Notes under the pieces: model-generated
Databases searched by the model: none
The model's input: only the letters and a program-made list of their open reading frames with translations
What the model was told of the DNA's origin: nothing
Position numbers and translations under genes: made by a program
Assembly (NCBI GenBank): GCA_021650915.1
Contig: CP091279.1
Span: forward strand, 180,001-212,000
From: Candidatus Brocadia sp.
GTDB taxonomy: Bacteria; Planctomycetota; Brocadiia; Brocadiales; Brocadiaceae
DNA length: 32,000 nucleotides
Direction: 5' to 3'
Shown here: piece by piece, positions 25,263-32,000 of the stretch
How positions within the stretch are numbered: the first letter of the stretch is position 1
Layout: each line of letters opens with the position of its first letter

Positions 25263-27377
25263 TCAGGTCTGTATGAATGCCGGTTCGTGAAAAGGAAAGT
25301 TTATTACGAATGCCGCGCCCTGCCCATCACTTTCCACATCGATGGTGGCTTCCATGTCTTCGAGTTTTTTCTTTACAATAGAGAGGCCCAATCCTGTTCC
25401 CGTCTGTTTCGTGGTATAAAAAGGCTCGAATATTTTCTGGAACGATTCCCGGGGTATGCCGGGGCCGGTATCGGCAATTGTTACCTGAATTGCATGCCTT
25501 TCCTGCTGGACGTGGGCGTGAATAAGTATTGTCCCGCCGGATGGCATTGCTTGGATGGCATTGTGGAACAGGTTAAAAAAAACCTCCTTTAATGCCCCCC
25601 CATCGGCAGTAATTGCGGGGAGGTCGTGGGGGATGTTGCAGGATGTCGTAATCTTATTCTGCTTTGCTTCATGATTGAGCACAACAAGGGTTGAGTGAAT
25701 AACGTCTCCGATTCTGACGCTGGTTCTTGTGTCGCTTCCTGGTTTCGCAAATTGCAGCAGTTGATTGACAACCTTTGTCAGACGATCTATTTCGTCCACG
25801 ATAATAGCGAGATCCTCCTGCAAAGGATCATTTTCCCTTATATCTTCCCGCATCACCTGCACGATGGCTTTTATCGAGCTCAGCGGATTTTTTACTTCAT
25901 GAGCCACGCTGGTGGAGAGACGCCCAAGGCTGGATAATTTTTCATTTTCATACATCTTCCGTTCCAGGGCAAGTTTCTCCTCAATAATCTTTGACTTTTC
26001 AACCGCGGAGCCAATGTCGTTGGCAATAATCATCAACTGATCCAGATTATCAGAGGCAAGCTGTATGCCTCGTTTTACCCGTCCCAGGCTCAGAAGACCG
26101 GTGAGTTTCCGATTGACAAAGATCGGGAAGATGAAAATGGCATCGAGCAGCCGCATCTCATTAATGACAGAAACATCTTTTACCTCATAGCGGTTTAATA
26201 CGATAAATTCACCCTTGGCAAAAAACTGCAGAATATGCTGTATCTTTTCCAGGGAAATGGGTTCGTATCGTTTCTCCCCAATAACCTGAATCCGGTCGCT
26301 CTTAAAGAGAAGGAGGTTGGTCGATTTGATGGCAGTTGCTTTCCGAATAGACTCGACGACCTGCTCCAGCAGTTTGGTGAAGTGAATGAGGGGATCGGTG
26401 CTAATAACGTGACTCAGTTCGTTTAAGAGATATTCACTGTCCACCGTACGGTAAAAGATCAGTTTCCGGAAAAGCTTTTGCATCTTCTCCCTAAGGGTCG
26501 GAAACCAGAATACCAGGTTAATGACAAAGACCGCCTCCAGCATCCGCGCATTTACCAGATAGTGGTGCTCCAGATATTTACTGAATTGTTTGATGCCGAA
26601 ATAATAAAGACAAATTAAGATCAGGGTGAGAAATGAATAGAAGGCGCTGCGCCGGAGGACAAACTCCATGTAATTATACCGGTAAACATAGTAGGCGAAA
26701 ATAATGCTGGGGAAGATGGATGACAACATGGAAGCCAGCACCAGATAGTCTCCTGCATAGGGAATCTTGTTGCCGTTCAGGAGCACCGTGAATCCGATAA
26801 AAACGGCTATGGTCGTCACCACCCAAAAGATCGCCAGATGAAATTTGCGTTCTTCCTTTTCATCTCCCATTTTTGAAAGCCAGCGGGAAATACCCGCAGA
26901 AATGAACAGGGAAAGGAGCAGCCAGAATACAAAAGGCTTCACATAGTGAGTCGCAAGTGCGGTCAAAGAGGAATCTGAGAGCTCGATAAAATTCCTGATA
27001 ACCCGTGAAAAAGGTATAACAGGGAGATAAATACCCACGATAATAAGCCGTTGCAGGGATTTTCTGATATGCGGATTATTCTCAAAAAGAAAAGAAACCG
27101 CCGTATGGAGCAACAAGCTGGGCATGAAGCCGATCCCGGTGTAGGAAATCGCATCAGCAATAAAATTTACCGAGAAGAGACTTTTCCGAAACAGGAGAAA
27201 GCTGAAGAGTGAAACCGAATTTCCAAAGTGCCACATGGCCACACTGATGACAAGGAAGAGAAAAATGAGTTCGCTTCCCGTCTTGTGCTTTCGTTGCACG
27301 ATAAGGATGGAGAGCACGATGTGCAGGATAGTGCCCAGAATGAAGCCGATAAGGGAGATAATTTCGTAGAGCTGCAT
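25263..27377 (-). CDS. Multi-TM sensor histidine kinase with GAF-like domain; candidate PEP-CTERM system kinase PrsK type
   Basis: About 8 N-terminal TM helices are followed by a central GAF-like region. Catalytic motifs are the H-box SVAHEVKNPLSSI, the N-box FFNLFHNAIQAM, and DTGPGI and GTGLGLSIV. A 4-nt gap separates it from the regulator gene. Confidence 0.85.
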   Translation of the reverse strand: MQLYEIISLIGFILGTILHIVLSILIVQRKHKTGSELIFLFLVISVAMWHFGNSVSLFSFLLFRKSLFSVNFIADAISYTGIGFMPSLLLHTAVSFLFENNPHIRKSLQRLIIVGIYLPVIPFSRVIRNFIELSDSSLTALATHYVKPFVFWLLLSLFISAGISRWLSKMGDEKEERKFHLAIFWVVTTIAVFIGFTVLLNGNKIPYAGDYLVLASMLSSIFPSIIFAYYVYRYNYMEFVLRRSAFYSFLTLILICLYYFGIKQFSKYLEHHYLVNARMLEAVFVINLVFWFPTLREKMQKLFRKLIFYRTVDSEYLLNELSHVISTDPLIHFTKLLEQVVESIRKATAIKSTNLLLFKSDRIQVIGEKRYEPISLEKIQHILQFFAKGEFIVLNRYEVKDVSVINEMRLLDAIFIFPIFVNRKLTGLLSLGRVKRGIQLASDNLDQLMIIANDIGSAVEKSKIIEEKLALERKMYENEKLSSLGRLSTSVAHEVKNPLSSIKAIVQVMREDIRENDPLQEDLAIIVDEIDRLTKVVNQLLQFAKPGSDTRTSVRIGDVIHSTLVVLNHEAKQNKITTSCNIPHDLPAITADGGALKEVFFNLFHNAIQAMPSGGTILIHAHVQQERHAIQVTIADTGPGIPRESFQKIFEPFYTTKQTGTGLGLSIVKKKLEDMEATIDVESDGQGAAFVINFPFHEPAFIQT

Positions 27378-27614
27378 AAAACGAAGCGGGTTCTTTGATC
27401 CTCATGAAAAAGGGTTATTGGTAAAGATTTTTACAAAACAGGCAGCAGGCATACCGGGGTTATGGGTCTGATAACGTGAAAATAAGGCGTTGTAAAGCCA
27501 TTTCTGATATCGAATAAGCGGACATATTCCCGATTTTTTGTAAAAAATGAACAAATAGTTATGGATGAATACCTGCGAAAGTTGTCGTGGCAGGCATGCC
27601 TTTCCCTCCGGAGT

Positions 27615-27681
27615 GTGGGCATCACCCACGAAAAATAAGCGATATGGACGAGTAATATGTGGTGGGCGATGCCCACCCTAC
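27615..27681. repeat. REP/REPIN-like pair (gtgggcatcacccac ... ggtgggcgatgcccaccctac)
   Basis: 27615-27629 is the reverse complement of 27662-27676 with 1 mismatch. Each half is also a small palindrome. On the minus strand the element starts with GTAGGG. It generates the MGIAHH / GGRCPPYP spurious frames. Confidence 0.65.
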
Positions 27682-28025
27682 CCGGTTAGCCCGATACCAA
27701 AAATCGGAAATGTACACGGGCAGGCTGTTATTCTCATTTATAATATTGGTGACAAAAGCCACTGTCAATAGAAAAACCGTATCCCCGTCATGCATACAGC
27801 ACCATCGCTGAAAACAGAAAAATATCAGAAGAGTATAGAGTCGCAGGATATGGTTCTGGATATGGTTATGGATAAGAACGGTAAACGGAGATGATCAGAC
27901 AGCGGGAGAGAAAGACCGGAAAAATGAGGTGTAAAGCAAAAAGATATAGAATTCTGGGGAATGAAAATGCTAAGATAGTAGCGTCAATTTTCATATCCAG
28001 GGTGTTTGAAAGGAAAAGATACATC

Positions 28026-28841
28026 ATGATACAAGAAAAAATCGGGTTTATCGGTGGCGGGAGGATGGCGGAGGCGCTCAGCAGAAGTCTTATCGGGAGC
28101 GGGCTGAGTGATGCTGGCCGTATTCTGGTAAGTGATGTGCTGCCGGAACGATGCCGGCTGTTAAGTCAGGAGACCGGCGTAAAGACAACACAAAACAACA
28201 AGGACGTGGTTGCCTTTGCTGACGTTCTTATCTTTGCGGTAAAACCTCCCCTGATGAACGAGATCCTGAATGACCTGAAAAACAGTATTACCCAACGGCA
28301 TATCGTAATATCGATTGCCGCGGGCATTCCGGTGCGATTTGTTGAATCCAGACTGCAGGCGGGCGTTCGGGTCGTCCGGGTAATGCCGAATACCCCCTGT
28401 TTGGTTGGCCTCTCAGCAACGGCCTTTGCCCTGGGTCAGCATGCTACCCCGGCAGATGGGCAATTGGTGTCCACCCTCTTTCAGTCCGTTGGGAAGGTGT
28501 TTCAGATGGAAGAAAAGTATTTGGATTCCGTGACCGGCCTGAGCGGAAGCGGCCCTGCGTACGTTTATCTGTTTATTGAGGCATTATCGGACGGCGGCGT
28601 CAAAGTGGGGCTGCCGCGGGATATCGCCACTACCCTTGCGGCGCAAACCGTATTGGGCGCCGCAAAGATGGTCCTGGAGACGGGACAGCATCCGGCCCAG
28701 TTAAAGGATGCCGTGACCTCGCCGGGCGGCACAACGATTGAAGGAATAAGCGCGTTAGAAGACGGCGGCCTCCGGGCGGCCGTCATCAATGCCGTCGTGG
28801 CTGCAACGTTAAAATCAAAGAAATTAGGAGAACTATCATAA
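28026..28841 (+). CDS. proC: Pyrroline-5-carboxylate reductase
   Basis: The dinucleotide-binding N-terminus is KIGFIGGGRMAEAL. The C-terminal region reads VTSPGGTTIEGISALEDGGLRAAV. I place the start at ATG 28026, preceded by AGGAAAAG. The 45-codon upstream extension in the track shows no similarity to ProC. Confidence 0.9.
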   Translation: MIQEKIGFIGGGRMAEALSRSLIGSGLSDAGRILVSDVLPERCRLLSQETGVKTTQNNKDVVAFADVLIFAVKPPLMNEILNDLKNSITQRHIVISIAAGIPVRFVESRLQAGVRVVRVMPNTPCLVGLSATAFALGQHATPADGQLVSTLFQSVGKVFQMEEKYLDSVTGLSGSGPAYVYLFIEALSDGGVKVGLPRDIATTLAAQTVLGAAKMVLETGQHPAQLKDAVTSPGGTTIEGISALEDGGLRAAVINAVVAATLKSKKLGELS

Positions 28842-30854
28842 ATGCTAATACAAAAAATAGACAAAGAAAAGGTTGATCTGGCCGTAAACACGTTAAGAAT
28901 GCTTTCTGCAGATGCGGTTGAAAAGGCACAGTCAGGCCATCCCGGCCTTCCTATGGGTTTTGCAGACATAGCCTTTGTCCTTTGGATGCAATTCCTGCGA
29001 TTCCATCCCGAAGACCCGCAGTGGCCCAATCGCGACCGTTTTATCCTGTCTGCCGGACATGGTTCCGCGCTCTTGTACTCATTGCTGCACCTCTTTGGTT
29101 ATGATGTCTCCCTGGAAGACCTCAAGCAGTTCCGACAGTTTGGAAGCAAGACCCCCGGTCACCCTGAATACCGGCATACGCCAGGGGTAGAGGTTACCAC
29201 GGGCCCGCTGGGCCAGGGATTTGCCAACGGGGTAGGAATGGCGCTGGCCCAACGCATGCTGGCGGAACGATTTAATAAAGACGGCAGCAAGATTATTCAT
29301 CATCACATTTACGGGGTAGTGAGCGATGGTGACCTGATGGAGGGAATTACCTCCGAGGCCGCTTCGCTTGCCGGACATCTCGGTCTTTCCAATATTATCT
29401 ACGTGTACGACAGTAACCAAATCTCCATTGAAGGAACTACTTCCCTGACCTTTACCGAGGACGTTGGGAAACGATTTGAGGCGTATAACTGGCGGGTGAT
29501 GAAGATAGACGGGCATAACCATCAGGAGATTGCTGAGGCTATTGAAGCGGCGCGGAACGAACAAGCACGGCCTTCGCTGATCATTGCCAGGACGCACATT
29601 GGCAGAGGAAGCCCCAATAAACAGGATATGGCGTCTGCTCATGGCGAACCGCTGGGGGCAAAGGAGCTGGAGTTGACAAAGGATAACATCGGCTGGCCTC
29701 AAAGCCCGACATTCCTTATTCCGGACGAGGTACTGCGCCTGTGCCGGAGTCGTGTCGATGAGCTCAGGGAAGAGTATAATCAATGGCGGGGTATGTGCAA
29801 GAGACATTTCAAAAGCGACCCTCATCTGTCCAAGGCATGGAACACCTTCCTTCAGAAAGAAATCCCTGCTGATCTGGAACTTGAGTTGCTGAAAACAATT
29901 AAAAAGGACGCCATTGCCACCCGTTCAGCATCGGGAGATATGATACAGGTGATTGCACAGCGCATTCCTTCTTTGATGGGTGGTTCTGCAGACCTCAGCC
30001 CTTCGACAAAAACCTCGATAAAAAGCTCTCCTTCCCTGGAGAAGACGATGTTTTCAGGAAGAAATATTCATTTCGGGGTGAGGGAGCACGCCATGGGTGG
30101 TATTTTGAATGGGCTGGCGCTGTACGGAGGCATTATTCCCTTTGGCTCAACCTTTCTGATGTTCTCCGACTATATGCGTCCTCCCATCCGGCTTGCAGCC
30201 ATGATGAAGATCCAGGTGATCTATGTATTTACCCACGACAGTATCTTTGTTGGTGAAGACGGTCCTACCCACCAGCCCATTGAACAATTGCCCTCCCTCC
30301 GTGCCATACCCAACCTGCTGGTGATACGGCCGTCAGACGCCACCGAAACAGCGGCTGCCTGGATAACGGCGCTCAAGCATAAAAACGGGCCAACGGCGCT
30401 GATCCTCACCCGTCAGGATGTACCGGTAATCATCCGTTCAATTTATCCGTCACAAAGTCAGTTGCAACAGGGGGCGTACATTTTAAAGGATTCCGTCAAA
30501 CCGCCGGAGATCGTCCTTATGGCAACCGGCTCAGAGGTCGCCATTGCCCTTGATGCCACCCTGCAGTTGCAGGGAAAAGGGATACAGGCGAGGCTTCTGA
30601 GTGTGCCCTGTTTCGAGCTGTTTCGCTCTCATTCAGCGGAATACAGGAACAGCGTGCTCCCGCCGGACTGCAGAAAGCGGGTGGCCATTGAAGCCGCCGG
30701 AAAAAGCAGTTGGTATGAACTGGTCGGGTTGGATGGTCTTATCATCGGGCTCGATGGCTATGGCGCTTCAGCGCCGGCAAAAATCCTGGCAGAGCACTAT
30801 GGTTTTACAGTAAAAAATATTCTTAGTGAAATTGCCAGGAAATGGGGCGTTTAA
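28842..30854 (+). CDS. tkt: Transketolase
   Basis: Diagnostic segments are [50 protein letters not shown] and [20 protein letters not shown]. The ATG immediately follows the proC stop. Confidence 0.95.
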   Translation: MLIQKIDKEKVDLAVNTLRMLSADAVEKAQSGHPGLPMGFADIAFVLWMQFLRFHPEDPQWPNRDRFILSAGHGSALLYSLLHLFGYDVSLEDLKQFRQFGSKTPGHPEYRHTPGVEVTTGPLGQGFANGVGMALAQRMLAERFNKDGSKIIHHHIYGVVSDGDLMEGITSEAASLAGHLGLSNIIYVYDSNQISIEGTTSLTFTEDVGKRFEAYNWRVMKIDGHNHQEIAEAIEAARNEQARPSLIIARTHIGRGSPNKQDMASAHGEPLGAKELELTKDNIGWPQSPTFLIPDEVLRLCRSRVDELREEYNQWRGMCKRHFKSDPHLSKAWNTFLQKEIPADLELELLKTIKKDAIATRSASGDMIQVIAQRIPSLMGGSADLSPSTKTSIKSSPSLEKTMFSGRNIHFGVREHAMGGILNGLALYGGIIPFGSTFLMFSDYMRPPIRLAAMMKIQVIYVFTHDSIFVGEDGPTHQPIEQLPSLRAIPNLLVIRPSDATETAAAWITALKHKNGPTALILTRQDVPVIIRSIYPSQSQLQQGAYILKDSVKPPEIVLMATGSEVAIALDATLQLQGKGIQARLLSVPCFELFRSHSAEYRNSVLPPDCRKRVAIEAAGKSSWYELVGLDGLIIGLDGYGASAPAKILAEHYGFTVKNILSEIARKWGV

Positions 30855-30949
30855 ATTGAGGAGAATGACCGCCGGGGAACAGGAGGAATCTATCCTTAAT
30901 GAAGAGTATCTTACAGAAAATATTTTGACATTTTTAGTAAAAATATTGT

Positions 30950-31006
30950 GTAGCGCAGGCATCGTACCTGCATTTTAGCGAATTGCAGACTGGAAGCCTG
31001 CGCTAC
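30950..31006. repeat. GTAG-headed hairpin (gtagcgcaggc ... gcctgcgctac) downstream of tkt
   Basis: The 11-bp arms are perfect (30950-30960 and 30996-31006) with a 35-nt loop. It starts 96 nt after the tkt stop. It may double as a terminator, but the T-run after it is weak. Confidence 0.55.
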
Positions 31007-31241
31007 GACCTTTTCCGGCTCGTTCGGGTTAGTCATTATGTTGCTCCGGCAACACCCAGAAACGATGAAAATTGGGTTTGTTGCTGTATTATAAATTAAT
31101 ACTGATAGTTACGCTGTTTTTTGTGGTCTTATTTCCGAACCAGAAATTTTCAAACTTTCTGCTCCTGTCTAACACACACCCAACCCCCGCTCAAGCTTAC
31201 TGTTGGACAATCTTTTTTCTAGACAAGTTCTGTTTAGGGAC

Positions 31242-31270
31242 GACTTCGTCGTGAGTGCTCAGTCGAACGA
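31242..31270. repeat. Inverted copy of repeat 3373-3405
   Basis: The sequence gacttcgtcgtgagtgctcagtcgaacga is the reverse complement of 3377-3405 with 1 mismatch. Confidence 0.7.
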
Positions 31271-31656
31271 TTAAGGCGTTGATTTTTACGCCGAATCCAC
31301 CACACCTATTTCCCGGAAAGGTGGATTCGCTCTCGCTTAATCCACCCTACCGCAGACCCGTTTAAATAAAATGAAAATTCCTATACCATTAAGTTGAGGA
31401 TATTGTAACTATAGAGCTGGCGCATAAGCGAAAAGATTCGTTGTAAATCAGGGAGAAGAGGCGATAGGACGGGGCAATAATTTTGTAAAGTCTACAAAAA
31501 GATATCAAGAACGGCAGCATGAAAAGGCTTGTTTTTCAGGGGAGATGAAAAAATATTTGAAGAAAAGAGGGGAAAAATTACAAAATAGTCGTGCCCATCT
31601 TGTATAATAAATCAGGCAAACTATTCGAAATACCATACAAGGGAGGGCACAGTGAA

Positions 31657-32000
31657 ATGATACCATTATTGAGGAACACAAGCCAGCAAAAACCATTATT
31701 CCATATCATTCATGAAGACGACAGATATTTGCTGAATACCGATGATGCGGAGTGGTTTCAGGTATTGTACCATTTTCGATACGAAAGATATGTGGGGTTT
31801 GGAGTAGACTATTATAATGCGCTGCATGAATTTAACCAGAAGCAGGCCAGGGAGCGAGAAGAGCGAGGAGTTGAGGGGGAGAAAGATGCGAGGGAGACCA
31901 AGGAGGAAGCGCGGCAGAGATTGCTCTTTTCACGGGTAACCATGCAGGCAGAGGGTGAGAGAGGAGAAGGGGTTTTATTCGAGGTAAAAAGAGAAGATTT
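31657..32000 (+). CDS. Partial ORF (5' end), hypothetical protein running off the window
   Basis: My own translation from ATG 31657 is MIPLLRNTSQQKPLFHIIHEDDRYLLNTDDAEWFQVLYHFRYERYVGFGVDYYNALHEFNQKQAREREERG..., with no stop before position 32000. GGGAGGG lies 9 nt upstream and TATAAT lies at 31603-31608. The ORF is not in the supplied track, presumably because it is open-ended. Confidence 0.45.
   Translation, partial: MIPLLRNTSQQKPLFHIIHEDDRYLLNTDDAEWFQVLYHFRYERYVGFGVDYYNALHEFNQKQAREREERGVEGEKDARETKEEARQRLLFSRVTMQAEGERGEGVLFEVKRED

Noticed and set aside
27154-27771. Four overlapping short ORFs between the kinase gene and proC (27154..27405, 27402..27629, 27431..27676, 27565..27771)
   Set aside because: They mutually overlap in an intergenic region carrying the gtgggcatc.cccac REP pair. 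The MGIAHH and GGRCPPYP peptides are typical translations of that repeat.
27891-28025. 45-codon N-terminal extension of proC
   Set aside because: The extension is highly basic and unlike ProC. The conserved GFIGGG fold starts right after the internal ATG at 28026, which has an RBS-like AGGAAAAG.
28565-29825. Long antisense ORFs (28565..29029 with 154 aa; 29079..29825 with 248 aa) opposite proC and tkt
   Set aside because: The plus-strand genes are unambiguous. The antisense frames are Arg/Pro/Ser-rich, as expected for the reverse frame of a relatively G+C-rich gene.
1-32000. CRISPR array, tRNA or rRNA genes
   Set aside because: The repeats present are hairpins and inverted copies at irregular positions, not evenly spaced direct repeats with unique spacers. 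I saw no tRNA-like T-arm (GGTTCGAATCC-type) or rRNA sequence while reading the intergenic regions.

Overview
This 32-kb window is mostly minus-strand genes, separated by unusually repeat-rich intergenic DNA. All calls come from reading the six-frame translations and the DNA by eye; no HMM or BLAST search was possible.

**Layout**
- **1-7.4 kb:** a small PEP-CTERM-type secreted protein, a secreted hypothetical protein, a polyprenyl-phosphate sugar transferase (exopolysaccharide priming type), a STAS-PilZ fusion protein, and a sigma-54 enhancer-binding protein whose C-terminal HTH is in a different frame.
- **7.8-19.8 kb:** six consecutive same-strand genes. In transcription order they are a Big_2/FN3-like lipoprotein, a lipoprotein alpha/beta hydrolase, a membrane-embedded alpha/beta hydrolase, a calcineurin-like metallophosphoesterase, a caspase(C14)-alpha/beta-hydrolase fusion, and a cPLA2/patatin-like phospholipase with about 6 TM helices. 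I do not recognise this combination as any named system.
- **20.7-22.0 kb:** an ISL3-family IS with perfect 19-bp inverted repeats and a frameshifted transposase.
- **22.2-27.4 kb:** a lipoprotein, a parvulin-type PPIase, an NtrC-type sigma-54 response regulator and a multi-TM GAF histidine kinase. The last three look like the PEP-CTERM-associated PrsK/PrsR/EpsD arrangement.
- **28.0-30.9 kb:** housekeeping proC and tkt on the plus strand.
- **31.66 kb to the end:** a partial ORF running off the window.

**Strongest non-coding signal.** Three minus-strand copies of a c-di-GMP-I (GEMM-I)-like aptamer are present. Each reads AAAGG(C/U)AAACC, then a stem capped by a GNRA loop, then GG(A/G)CGCAAAG. 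Each is followed by a nearly identical terminator hairpin. They sit upstream of the sugar transferase, the sigma-54 activator and the six-gene hydrolase/caspase cluster.

Together with the PilZ protein, this makes the region look like a c-di-GMP-wired surface and envelope locus.

**Repeats.** Intergenic regions carry several families of GTAG-headed REP/REPIN-like hairpins and MITE-like modules with a GTAAC..TTTAG.TTTTT.AAAA terminal motif. These account for most of the short ORFs in the track.

**Taxonomy.** This cannot be established here. The repeats and gene content remind me of anammox-type Planctomycetes, but that is an unverified impression.
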